Positions 41,451-54,680 of a DNA stretch of 64,000 nt are shown here, one piece after another (positions within the stretch are counted from its first letter, which is position 1; every line of letters begins with the position of its first letter). A model generated the notes under the pieces. That model had not been told where the DNA came from. It did no database searches and saw nothing but the letters and a program-made list of their open reading frames with translations. The stretch spans positions 73,470,001-73,534,000 of the forward strand of contig OZ024745.1 in the NCBI GenBank assembly GCA_964016885.1. Reading direction: 5' to 3'. A program made the translations under genes and the position numbers. This stretch comes from Eledone cirrhosa. Its lineage: Eukaryota.

Positions 41451-43195
41451 ATAATAATGGAGCTGCGGCGTTGCAAATGGTATACATATGAAAAAGTGAG
41501 TCCTTCATCAGTGACCCTCCAACCGTCCTGGGCATTTCATCGCTTTAAGGGCCATATGCCTCGGGTTGGTGCGAACAACGGCTAAAAAAAGTCGTTGGGA
41601 CACGTAAATAAAGGGGGACGCCAGAGTAGCAACAAAAAAGTTTTAGCAACGGAAAGTGATTAGAAATAGACAAGTCCCAGATCTCTATGAATATAAACTC
41701 TGTGAAATCGTGAACAAGAGACAAAAGACCATCAAACCTGGTTGAAATGTGAGCAAGGAAAGAATTTCGCCCAAGTTTGACGGGGGGGAAAAAAGAGAGA
41801 GAGAAAAAGGAGAGAAGAGGAAGAAGAAGAAGAAGAAGAAGAAGAAGAAGAAGAAGAAGAAGAAGAAGAAGAAGAAGAAGAAGAAGATGATGATAAAGGG
41901 GTCTGTTCTACGAATTCAGTAAACGTAAGTTTTGTGAAGTCGCAGACGAAAGAGAGAGAGAAAAAAATTCCATACCAGCTTGGTCAAGACCGCGCGAGAA
42001 AAGAATTACACACAGGTCAAACTTGAAGGAGGAGGAGGAAAGAGGAGGAGGAGAGGTAGTGACAGAGAATGAGTGAGTGAAAGTGGAGGAGGAGGCTAAC
42101 AGAGAGAGAGACTGCTAGAAAGGGTAAAGATACAAACGAAACACGAATGGCAGCATGGAAAAAATATATGTGTAAATATGATAATAATGGAGCTGCGGCG
42201 TTGCAAATGGGATACATATGAAAAAGTGAGTCCTTCATCAGTGACCCTCCAACCGTCCTGGGCATTTCATCGCTTTAAGGGCCATTTTTGTTGTTACTCT
42301 GGCGTCCCCCTTTATTTACGTGTCCCAACGACTTTTTTTAGCCGTTGTTCGCACCAACCCGAGGCATATGGCCCTTAAAGCGATGAAATGCCCAGGACGG
42401 TTGGAGGGTCACTGATGAAGGACTCACTTTTTCATACGTATCCCATTTGCAACGCCGCAGCTCCATTATTATCATATTTACACATATATTTTTTCCATGC
42501 TGCCATTCGTGTTTCGTTTGTAACTTTACCCTTTCTAGCAGTCTCTCTCTCTGTTAGCCTCCTCCTCCACTTTCACTCACTCATTCTCTGTCACTACCTC
42601 TCCTCCTCCTCTTTCCTCCTCCTCCTTCAAGTTTGACCTGTGTGTAATTCTTTTCTCGCGCGGTCTTGACCAAGCTGGTATGGATTTTTTTTCTCTCTCT
42701 CTTTCGTCTGCGACTTCACAAAACTTACGTTTACTGAATTCGTAGAACAGACCCCTTTATCTTCTTCTTCTTCTTCTTCTTCTTCTTCTTCTTCTTCTTC
42801 TTCTTCTTCTTCTTCTTCTTCTTCTTCTTCTTCTTCTTCTTCTTCTTCTTCTTCTTCTTCTTCCTCTTCTCTCCTTTTTCTCTCTCTCTTTTTTCCCCCC
42901 CGTCAAACTTGGGCGAAATTCTTTCCTTGCTCACATTTCAACCAGGTTTGATGGTCTTTTGTCTCTTGTTCACGATTTCACAGAGTTTATATTCATAGAG
43001 ATCTGGGACTTGTCTATTTCTAATCACTTTCCGTTGCTAAAACTTTTTTGTTGTTACTCTGGCGTCCCCCTTTATTTACGTGTCCCAACGACTTTTTTTA
43101 GCCGTTGTTCGCACCAACCCGAGGCATATGGCCCTTAAAGCGATGAAATGCCCAGGACGGTTGGAGGGTCACTGATGAAGGACTCACTTTTTCAT
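41451..43195. mobile_element. Young inverted pair of partial tandems of a 730-760 bp non-coding unit
   Basis: 41451-41555 repeats at 42181-42285; 42286-43195 is the inverted strand, with 42286-42435 repeated at 43046-43195. TA arrays at both outer ends. Confidence 0.92.
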
Positions 43196-43380
43196 ATATA
43201 TATATATATATAGGAACCAGTAAGACCCTGACAGCTGAGCTCAAGCCGTTTCGACGCCGTCGAAACGGCTTGAGCTCAGCTGTCGGGGTCTTACTGGTTC
43301 CTATTACCCACTCTAATACCTCAAGTATTGAGTACTTTGGTGCGTTATGGTCCACCTGGTTCCTTACCACATTTCCTTCG

Positions 43381-43459
<79 letters not shown>

Positions 43460-43656
43460 GTAGTAATAAAGACAGTAAACTGTGTGTCTAGAATTACGAG
43501 GGTTGAAATACCATGTTGGTTGACAAATTTAACCTGAAGCAAACGGAAAATACAGAAAAAATATACTGACCGTCTCAATAACTATTTCATGTCCTGGACT
43601 GATTAGGGATTTAATCTGTTTCGCCCATATGAGTTATTAACTCTGCATTTTATTTG

Positions 43657-43714
<58 letters not shown>

Positions 43715-43953
43715 GATATTAATAAATGGAAACTATATTTATCAAACCATATTTATTTCATTATACATATTTCAGGGATACCAAATTAAATTATGGTATG
43801 CCTTCATCAGACAAAATACAATATATAACAGTTTTACAAATAATCTTTGACGTACCCTATTAAAATGCAACCATGGCTTTTGGAAGTCATCCCAACAATT
43901 TTAAATAGAACCATTGTTTTTGGAAGTATCCCAACAATTTTAAATAGAACTTT

Positions 43954-44007
<54 letters not shown>

Positions 44008-44682
44008 AGATGATTAAATTGGGTATAATAACCAGTTTATTATCAAAACTCCTTAGGAAAGGGTACGGAGCATTATTTTTTTTTTTACATTATACACACA
44101 CGCACACGCACACACACACACACACACACGCACACACATATATATATATATTTATATATATATATGTAAGGGCTGGTGGAATTGGGGGAAGGGGCAGTGG
44201 TTTCACGACCAACCCCCCCAATAATTATATTTTTCTCCCCAAACTACCAAAACACACATCTGTTTGGATATGCACTATAATTTATCTACATGCTATGCTC
44301 ATCGCATATCGAAGTTTCCTGGCCATTTTAGAGTGCAAAGAGCTAAACTAATTACTACAACTAAATTGACCAAATTTGCCCCCCCCCCCCCACACACACA
44401 GCACCATTCAGAAATGCCCCCCCCCCCCACCATGCGTAGTGTCTATAATGTTGAAGGAAGAAGACGCTTTTTTCAAACAACAGATAACGTAATACTCGTG
44501 AACTAATTTGAAATGAACGAAGATGACGCGGTCATTCAACATATCCTTCGAAATGAATTGGTGAGTTGATGTGATTGGTTCGTTTGCATTGATCGTTTTA
44601 CCATTATAGTGGCGCCGAGGGTTGTATAAGCCAGACGCTCATATACGTATAAATACATGCATAAATTGTAAAGTTCACATAC

Positions 44683-45059
44683 TTACCAGGACAATGTTCC
44701 CTGCCACAAATCCATCCTCGTGACCAACAACTTGGCTGATATGGGGATTATGACTATCTCTCATCCTTCATACAGCCCACACGTAGTCCCACGTGACTTC
44801 TGGATGTTCCCGGAGCTGAAGGAGAAACTCAGAGGTATACACTTTTAGAATGTGGAGGATATAAAGGAGGCTGTGACAAGTACCCTGGACACCTTCCCTT
44901 TGGAGGACTACAAGGGCTTTCCACAAGTGGTTGGAGTGCTATAACAAGTGCATTGAAGTTGGAGGATATTACTTTGAAGGAGACTAGAGTTTTGTGTTGA
45001 TATGAGTTAAATAAATGTCTCTCTGATGAAAGTCTCAAATCCTCTTGAGTGTATCTCGT
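44683..45059 (+). pseudogene. mariner transposase C-terminus and right end
   Basis: QDNVPCH...HPSYSPHVVPRDFWMFPELK...KCIEVGGYYFE (DNA..H, YSPDLAP.DF, G.YFE motifs). Confidence 0.85.
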
Positions 45060-45063
45060 AGAT

Positions 45064-45211
<148 letters not shown>

Positions 45212-45246
45212 CGAGCACAGATAAATAATACATATGCACACCACTA

Positions 45247-46010
45247 TAATTGTTTCTACTTTTGGCACAAGGCCAGCAATTAACTCAGTGCATTACTGGT
45301 ACTTTATTTTATCGACAGGGTAAGGATGAAAGGTTAACGTCGGCGGGATTTGAACTCAGACCATAAAAGGGAGTAACTCTATGCTGGAAATTATGACGTC
45401 CGACACTCTACCGATACTGCCAATCCACCCACAATAATTGTTTCTACTTTTGGCACAAGGCCAGCAATCATTCCAGTGTATTACTGGTACTTTATTTTAT
45501 CGACCCCGTAAGGATGAAAGGCGAAGTTAACCTCGGTGGGATTTGATCTAGGATCATAAAGGACCGTAACTCTTTGCTGCAAAGCATGGCGTCAGACCCT
45601 CTACCGGTACTGCTAATCCAATAATTGTTTCTACTTTAGGCACAAGGCCAGCAATTACCCAGTGCATTACTGGTACTTTATTTTATCGATCCCGTTATGG
45701 ATGAAAGGCAAAGTTAACCTTGGCGGGACTTGAACTCAGATCGTAAAGGGACGTAACTATGCTGGAAAGCGTGGTGTCCGACCCTCTACCGATACTGCCA
45801 ATCCACCGCCATACTGCTAATCCAATAATTGTTTCTATTTTAGGCACAAGGCCAGCAATTATCCAGTACATTACTGGTACTTTATTTTATCGACCCCATG
45901 AGGATGAAAGGCAAAGTTAACCTCGGCGGGATTTGTACTCAGATCATAAAGGAACATAACTCTATGCTTCAAAGCATGGTGTCCGACTCTCTACCGATAC
46001 TGCCAATCCA
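45247..46010 (-). mobile_element. Array of four tRNA-SINE copies
   Basis: Units at about 45247-45430, 45433-45620, 45626-45811 and 45830-46010. Confidence 0.93.
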
Positions 46011-46543
46011 ATCCAATAATGTTACTCGCTTAGCTGCGACAGATCAAAGGTATACACAATGGTCCCAAACTTTGAACTATTTAATTTGCAACACTATTTG
46101 AGTATACGCCTTGTTCGATATACCGGGCTAAATTTCATGAATTCGAGCTAACATGGTTAAACTTTGTTCATATACCATTGCAATTTTGAAACAATAGTGA
46201 ATTAACCTCCACCCCATAATAATTTTATTTTTAATAGTTCGATCGGAAATATGTCTGCTCGAGAAATATTAGAAATTCTGAGATATTTCTCGTTAGCTTG
46301 GAATAGCCCATACATAGTTTCATGTTAAAACCTATATCAAAGTAGAGTAAGAGAACAGGTGACAAGGAAAAGAAAACGTATTAGAACGATACCAATTTCA
46401 AGAACAGATGTGTTCAAACGGCAACATACTGTTGAATAGACGTTTGACCATTAGACTGAAAGCGGACAAACGAACGAGCTGGTGTTAGGAACAGGTAGGA
46501 AAAGGGAGTGGGAAAGAGAACGATTGAGAAAGAGAGAGAGAGA

Positions 46544-46626
<83 letters not shown>

Positions 46627-48642
46627 AGAAGGGAGGAGAGGAAAGAGAAGTGGGTAGTCTGCATATATAGAAATGTACAGGAGTAACTTGTCTAATAAAA
46701 ATAGGGGTTTGGGTGTAAATATGTGAGGATACGGTGTTATGAGTATGTGTAAAAGTAGTATGTTTATGTGTTGATGTAAGAATGTGGTTTGTTGTGATAT
46801 ATGTGAATATATATTTGTTTATGTATGTGTACACACACATATATATATTTATATGTACAATATACATACATACTTACGGGGTTGCGTATGCAACGCACCA
46901 ATCAATAAATAAGGATGCAATTCGATTCGAGCATTCAATGTCATGTTTTTTCTTCCAAATATGATTTGTTAGTCAGTGACGGAGTATATGTAGAATAAGA
47001 AAAGTGTGAAGTTCGGTGTAGGTGTTAAAGAGTCCTTTATTAACAAACCTGTGATACATATTTCAATAACGATCGTGGCTATGTGATTCTTCAATCAGGT
47101 AACCGGTCACGTGATTTCATCAGGCAGCATCATTATGTAATAAGGTCACATTTCCGAAGCAATCCAATCTAAAGACAAGGGAACGGACAAAAATGATGTT
47201 TTCATAGCTGATGTCCGCTCCCTTGTGAACTTTAGTTCCACTCCACAGCTTTGCGCAGGCGTGGAGGTAGAGGACTAGCTGACCACTCGTCTACCACCCA
47301 ATTCCATGCCAGCATAGACAAGCCTATCTCACATACCAAACCGCCCTCACCAGGTCACAGAGTCCAATTCAGTCTAAATGTTTTATTTTACTGCTAGTCT
47401 AGTGCCCAGCAGACGCCAGCACCTATGGCGGAGTGCATGCATCACCTCGCCGGGGAGGGCGAGAGAGATGAAGGCGATGAAAGTGGGAGTGCGACTCTTC
47501 CACGTTCGGACCATATCCTTGTGGTTGTTCATTAAGCAGTTAATGAGTCTGTTTATGTATTAAAATCAATATAACTTTATGGTGGGATAACGCATTGACC
47601 ATTGACCGCAAAGTGACTAGATAAATTAATGCAAGTGTCTAGAAATTAGAATTACACATTGAAAATAAAAAATAAAAAATAAAAAAATGAAAAAAAATAT
47701 TAAAACTTCAGAATCACCATGTAAAAATAATTTAAAATAAATGGGAAGATGTATAAATAAGTGTTTTCTTGTATATATTTTAGAATGTCGCATTTTTAAT
47801 TTAGTTAATATTTTGTCGAGACCTCCGGCGTACTCAGGTACTCCGGCGTACTCAGACCCTGTACTACCGAGCTCCTTCGTAAGATCGGAATGTCAGCAGC
47901 ATGTCTGAGGAAAGAGTCCCGAGAGGTAGGGTGACTGTTGCAGCGGGTATCGCTGGCTATTTTCCGCGGAAATGGTTTTGCGGTCTTGTCCGCGGAGCGC
48001 AGCGCCAACACCACCGTGCTCTAGGTCCAGAACACACCACCCTCTCTCCTCCCCCCTCCCATTCTTTTATGGCCCTAGAGTTCTTGCTTTTCCCTTCCTT
48101 TTCCGTTTTTAAATATTTGTAGTGTTTTTCTAATTATTTTATAGTCATTCATGCAGTCATTCATTTATTAAATAATGTATATTTATTTTAATATGTTTAT
48201 GTTATTTCATCCCCTACATCTATCTGGTACCCCATATTTTATTATTGGTTTACTTGAAAACAGAGCAGTTTTTTTGTTTTGTTTATATTTTATAGCTACT
48301 TCTATTAGTTTCCCTTAACTATATACTTGTAGTCCTAAAGTAAATATTGTATAATTATTTTCTTGTTGCAGACTGTAAATATAATCTATCTGTTTTAGGT
48401 TCGATAGATATATTTTCAATGTAGTCAATATTATTTTTTTTCAAATCCACTTTTCTTCTAGTTGAAAATATTTTAACTATTCCCTTGGAACAATCCTTTT
48501 TTTATAGTTCTCTCTTTGCACCTACACAATTGTTTGATATTTCTTAATGGCATGTTCAATGTTCCTGGTTATTATTTGTGTTGCTTTTCAATGATTACTG
48601 TTATCAAAACCAACGTGTGACTATCAGAACGCTATGATATTA

Positions 48643-48770
48643 TCTATATATATCTAAAACAGAGAATGTCTGTCTGTCTGTCTGACTCCCTAAAACTCGA
48701 GAACCACCCAACAGATTGTTTTCAAACTTTACACATGTAATACTCATGGTCGTGTGAGTATTTAGGTGAT
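48643..48770 (+). mobile_element. Helitron 5' fragment
   Basis: a|tctatatatatctaaaac, (tgtc)n, ccctaaaactcgagaa; same family as 16916-17110 and 55947-56456. Confidence 0.65.
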
Positions 48771-48898
48771 TTAGCGATCTCTCTATAATTCTTAGTCTTT
48801 CTTTTCAGATAGATACGTAGATATAACGTCGCGCCCTTATAATATCTATCTGTATGTCTGTATGTCTGCATTACGACATTATGATGCTATCTGTGTGT

Positions 48899-49585
48899 CT
48901 ATGTATCTATCTGAGGCGGGTAAAATTCCTGAGATCCATGGACGAGTTCTCTCCAGCGGTCTCTGTCCCTCATTATCGCTGCCATATTCTGCATCTCCAA
49001 CAGACCAGTGTCTGTCCTTAGGGCATCAACATATGTTAACCTTGGTCTTCCTCTTCTAGTGTGTCCATGTAGGGGCTCCCAAAGGAGCACTGAGTGCAAT
49101 GTCAACTCTGGATGTCGGTGAGCATGTCCAGCCAACCTCAGTCTCCTCTGTGTCACTTTTGAGCTGACTTTTGGGATGCTCCCATACAGCTCTGAGTTTT
49201 TCATCCTCAGTGTATACTGATTAATGTTCAGAGCCATCCTCAGCATTCTCGTGTAGCACCCATCCACCATCTGAGTGAGTCTCTTGGTCAGTGTCCAAGT
49301 CTCAGACCCATACAGCAGCACATACTCCACTACAGCAATGAAGAGGCGGACTTTCAGGTCTCTACGAAGATCCGACTTCCACACCGATCTCAAGCTGTGA
49401 CACGCCGCCCAGGCCTTGCTCTTCCTCTCAACCACATCATCTTCCGTATTCCCAATCTTTGCTCCCAAATACAGGAAGTCCTCAACCAATTCCAGCGGCT
49501 TCCCGCCTACATTAGTGATCCCCTCTGGCTTCTCAACATTCTCTACCAGATATTTTGTTTTAGTCTCATTCATTCTCAGCCCCTG
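48899..49585 (-). pseudogene. RTE-like LINE ORF C-terminal part (post-RT thumb), 5'-truncated
   Basis: 224-aa ORF: KTKYL, DFLYLG, LLYGSETWTLT, RRLRLAGH, RGRPRLTY, DRDRWR. Confidence 0.9.
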
Positions 49586-50220
49586 TATCTATGTATATAT
49601 GTGTATATATATAGTGTTTATATATATATATCTCTCTCTCTCTATATATATATATATAGTGTGTAACTTTTTTCGAAATATTTACTTCTGCGTTCACAGA
49701 TTGATTCTTTTAGTTTCAGAAGATCCCGTTAAGGGTGAAAACATCGATTCTTTGCTTAAACTTTAATCTGTTATTTTAATATATATATATTTATTAAAAT
49801 AACAGATTAAAGTTTAAGCAAAGAATCGCTACTTTCACCCTTAACGGGATCTTCTGAAACTAACAAAGTCAATCTGTGAACGCAGAAGTGAATATTTCAA
49901 AAAACGTTGGAACCGGAGTAAGACAGGAAGACGATACTTTGTTTCGGGGAAACGTTCCCTGGCAAAGAACGGGAAAAAACGAATATAATACGTCATTATT
50001 TGGAGCGGTGAAAAACAGTTACACGCAAAGACCAAACCACGTTTATGGTATAAAAGAAGTCGTAGACTAATATTCTATAAGGTGGTTCATAGAGACGTTC
50101 TCTGGCAATGAACGAAAAAAAAACCGAACATAATACGTCATATGTGGAGCGGGGAGAACAATTGCACGCAAAGACAAAACCACGTAAATGGTATAACTGA
50201 AGTCGTAGACTAAAATTTTA

Positions 50221-51762
50221 TTTACCCTACGAAGTCCAATTTAGGTAGACTTAGTAAAAGGATTCTTGATAGAATTATACCTGAAATTAGAAGTTTGGCC
50301 CCTCTTGCCAATTCTCTCGCCAATTCTCGCCAATTCTCTCGCCAATTCTTTCGCGGTGATTGATTGGTTCAACGGCATATGCAACAAGGAACATTGCCGA
50401 CATCAATAATTACTACTCCTCCATCACTTTAGAGCTATCAATTTCACTAAAACACTCACAGTGGTTAAGGATTTCGAAGTTGATGTCATCCTCAATGCCC
50501 GTAAGTCGGTGATTAATTTCGACGACTCTATTTGGATTAAAAAATCTAATAGTACCCCATTCGACGTGAGTATGGGCGCCAGCGATTCTGCGGCGGTTAC
50601 TGATCTTATCGGCCTTTTCCTTCTTTTCTCTATCAAGGAAGAATTCCCCAACGTGGGCGGTGGTTTGTACCGTGATGATGGTCTTTTGAGTATGACTAAG
50701 TGCGGCCCACGTGCTTGCGACAGGTTCAGAAAAGAATTCACAGCCTTCTTTAAAGGCTTCAACCTCTCCATACAGGTTGAGGCCAACCTCTCGGTCGTTA
50801 ATTACCTCGACTTTACCCTCAATTTATCGAATGGCTTGCATTACCCGTATAGAAAGCCGAATGATACGCTTAATTACATAAGTAAGCATTCTAACCATCC
50901 TGCCAGCATAACCAAGAACCTGGTAAGAAACGTTTCTTTGAGGCTTTCCCGTCTATCTACTAACGAGAATATTTTCAACGACCATTCCACATATTACAAT
51001 GAAGCTCTTGCTCGGAGTGGATTTGTCGATAAGGTAGTATATACAGAGTACGAGAATAGACCTAGAAGAAATAGATCCCGACGCATTATATGGTATAACC
51101 CACCATATAATATGGAGGTGGCCACACCATCAGCTAAGATCTTTCTCTCCCTTATTATGAAGCATTTCCTCCTACACATAAATATAATAACATTTTTAAT
51201 AGAAATACTATTAAAATTTCTTACCCTACGACTCCTAACCTTGCACATAACATCACAGCTTCAAATTTAGCTAAACTACCTAGCTGTAGGAACACGTGCA
51301 ACCCTGTAGTTAATACTAACTGTAATTGTAGGAATCGGGTTGACTGCCCCCTATCCGGGAAATGCCTCTCTAGTAACATTGTCTACAAATGTAAGGTTGA
51401 AACACCCACGTCCCGTAGGGCCTACATAGGGTTAACCGCCAATAGATTCAAGCAGCGTCTTTACATGCATACCCATTTTTTTCGTTACCCTTTAAGAAGG
51501 AATATGACGTCACTTTCAGCTTATATCTGGAGTCTAAAAGACAACCACACCCAATATAAGTTAAACTGGGAGATGCTAGCTAGGGCTAGATCGTATAACG
51601 GAAATAAAAGACCATGTGACCTCTGCGCCGCTGAGGCCCTGGAAATACTCTACGCCACAGACCACATCTTAAACAAAAAAATCTGAGGCTATTTCGGCTT
51701 GTAAACATAAATTGCACAAAACTTTCCTGTATTACAGCCCCACATTATACCCTAACGGATAG
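50221..51762 (+). pseudogene. PLE-2 RT plus GIY-YIG, frameshifted
   Basis: FDVSMGASDSA, GLYRDDGL, NYLDFTLNL, YISKHSNHP, WYNPPYN, CNCRNRVDCPLSGKCL, VYKC...YIG, CDLCAAE, CKH. Confidence 0.95.
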
Positions 51763-52143
51763 TACGAAGTATACGCGAATATTTTACGTATTGATGTGGT
51801 AGCTAAGTATATGTTATGTTTATACCATTACTTATTTGTATAGGTAAGTATATATTACCTGTATGTTTTGTGAAGGTACGTATACTTTCTCGTACGTATA
51901 TTTGATTGTATATGTTATGGCGTATATATTATATATTGTGGTACATATGCTTTTGGTTATGTGTATACTTGAGTTTTGCGTCTGTGTGAGTATGCGGGTT
52001 CGTACTATGTAGGGTGTGTGTATATGTATACTTTGTGTTTTGGTTGAAGTACGTCTCCGAACATATGTGTATTATATGTAGGTATGTGTGTGCGCTTGTT
52101 ATATACGTATTTATTTATTTATATACGTTTATTTAATTATATG

Positions 52144-52234
<91 letters not shown>

Positions 52235-52842
52235 TTTTTATATATGTTTTTATGTGTATTTGGTGTATACATTCGTATGCGTGCGGGTACAGGCGTTGCG
52301 TGGGTTATGTATGTGCGTGCGGTTTTCTTTCTTTTTTCTTTTGTGTACTTGCGTATATTTGTATACCTATGCCGAGTGTTTTCGCGTATGCTTGTGTATG
52401 TACGTATATGGATGCGTGTATGTATTTATCTAAATTCAAATACCTCTGTATTTTATTTACTTTATTCTTAACTCTGAAGACGAGAATCATTCGGTTTCCT
52501 AGTTAGAATTTTAGTCTACGACTTCAGTTATACCATTTACGTGGTTTTGTCTTTGCGTGCAATTGTTCTCCCCGCTCCACATATGACGTATTATCTTCGT
52601 TTTTTCCGTTCATTGCCAGAGAACGTCTCTATGAACACCTTATAGAATATTAGTCTACGACTTCTTTTATACCATAAACGTGGTTTGGTCTTTGCGTGCA
52701 ATTGTTTTTCCCCGCTCCAAATAATGACGTATTATATTCGTTTTTCCCGTTCTTTGCCAGGGAACGTTTCCACGAACCAAAGTATCGTCTTCCTGTCTTC
52801 CTCCGGTTGCAACGTTTTTTGAAATATTCACTTCTGCGTTCA

Positions 52843-52916
52843 CAGATTGACTTTGTTAGTTTCAGAAGATCCCGTTAAGGGTGAAAGCAGCGATTCTTTG
52901 CTTAAACTTTAATCTG
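52843..52916 (+). ncRNA. Variant type I HHR (CAGAAGA core) in the PLE-2 pLTR
   Basis: cagattga-[ctttgtt]-agttt CAGAAGA t-ccc-gttaa-ggg-t GAA agcag-cgattct-ttgct T aaact-ttaatctg, then aataaa. Confidence 0.7.
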
Positions 52917-53015
52917 TTATTTTAATAAATATTTGCTCTACGGTTCTTATATATTTGATATATATTTATCCTTATCGAGCCCTCTTTGGATTTTAGTCTT
53001 CAAATGTATTATTAT

Positions 53016-53071
<56 letters not shown>

Positions 53072-53476
53072 CAAGAAAGAAGAGTGACACGGTTTGCTAT
53101 CCAAAAAAGGTTTTTATTCACTTTGCTGACAATTGCTTCTCTGAACTGGTAGGTCTACAGATCGCCACCCACCTGTTTTCGCGTCAATCGATCACCAATA
53201 CATAGTTGTAACCAGTCAAATAATCTGAACTAACGCGAATGAATGGAATACACAGGCATGGCTTCTATATTTAGTAGAGGCATTCAATCAGAACAATTTC
53301 TTGATTTATCATTACTCCAAGTGTAAACAACATAGAAATCACCACGTACTCGAAGCACCACTATGGAAACGCCTTGTTGAGTCAAACTTCGCTAAGCGTT
53401 GATACAATCCACTATTCGGAGTACCCTAACTGGACTACACCTAAGTGGACTACCTATAACAATAATCTGTTATCCC

Positions 53477-53518
<42 letters not shown>

Positions 53519-53644
53519 GTTATGTAGTAAGGTGCATTATTGGTTGTGTAATAAATTTATGTTACCAATATTAAGTTCTCCACGCTTTTGTATATCTCCA
53601 ATTCCATTCAAGGGAACAGCTAGATGATGTAAAACGGAGTATAA

Positions 53645-53963
53645 GTATCAAAATGAAAATCCGAAGGCAAGGTAAAATTTCAATCATTTAATCACGACAC
53701 ATGTTTCAATAAGAGATAGATCGATTGTGAAGCCATGATCGATATCACTGATCTCATCATTCCCTCATATGAGGGAATGAATTCTGTGAGAGAACATCGT
53801 TATTTTTCTCCCTCATATCAAGAATTTGAAGACAATTCATTTTCACCTGATGAACACAGTGACAATCGATCATGGCTTCACAATCGATCTATCTCTTATT
53901 GAAACATGTGTTGTGATTAAATGAATGGAATTTTACCTTGCCTTCGGATTTTCATTTTGATAT
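53645..53963. mobile_element. Fold-back insert (family H11) with HHR 53843-53916(+)
   Basis: Arms about 53645-53745 and 53864-53963. TCAC CTGATGA [47-nt stem II with atcgat/atcgat] GAAAC atgt GTT GTGA; the mirror arm has GTC. Confidence 0.78.
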
Positions 53964-54218
53964 ATATATATATATATATATAATTATATATTCGTGTACA
54001 GATATTTTTGCATACACAATAACAAAAAATAAAGAAACGTATTTATTTCACGAGGTTCGATAAGGATAAATATATATCAAATATATAAGAACCTTAGCGC
54101 AAATACCGAGCAACGCCGGGCCATTCTGCTAGTCTAAAGGAAGGTCTGCGGGACTGCGTACGGCTTATTTCTTTGAAGCCAGTTAGTAAAATAAGTTGGA
54201 TTATTTTGAATAAATAAT

Positions 54219-54398
54219 TGTTTCTACTTTAGGCACAAGGCCAGCAATTACCCAGTGCATTACTGGTACTTTATTTTATCGACCCCGTAAGGATGAAAGG
54301 CAAAGTCAACCTCGGCAGGATTTGAATTCAGATCGTAAAGGGACGTAACTATGCTGGAATGCATGGCGTCTGACCCTCTACTGATACTTCCAATCCAC
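54219..54398 (-). mobile_element. tRNA-derived SINE with 14-bp TSD
   Basis: tttgaataaataat at 54205-54218 and 54399-54412; empty paralogous site at 55178-55191. Confidence 0.93.
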
Positions 54399-54680
54399 TT
54401 TGAATAAATAATGAATGAATATTACATAATTTATGTCCTAAATTTCGAAACTAATTTTCGTAAATATAAATAATTTAAAATTGACTTCTTTTCAAATTTT
54501 TATTCACATTTCTACACTTCCGGTATATCGTCGCCACCACCACCACTTCAACTACGATATATATGGAAAGAGAAAGTGTGTGATGAGAGAGATAGAGAGA
54601 TTATGATTTTCTACACGCTGACGCGTATGAGTGTGCACATACATACATCTATATGTATGAGTATATAACTATTATGAGTA

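Larger units (their letters stand above)
49790..53019 (+). mobile_element. Penelope-like retroelement PLE-2 (Nematis-like), 5'-truncated, with inverted pLTR
   Basis: 49790-50219 is the reverse complement of about 52508-52931; both outer ends lie in TA. The pLTR has an internal duplication of about 140 bp (52512-52630 / 52651-52770). Confidence 0.92.

Noticed and set aside
42370-42411. Twister-like P1-UAA...GGAG-P1 pattern
   Set aside because: Interior too short for P4 and the two pseudoknots.
47905-47925. gaggaaagagtcc resembling the RNase P/MRP conserved region
   Set aside because: No matching downstream conserved region or overall fold found.
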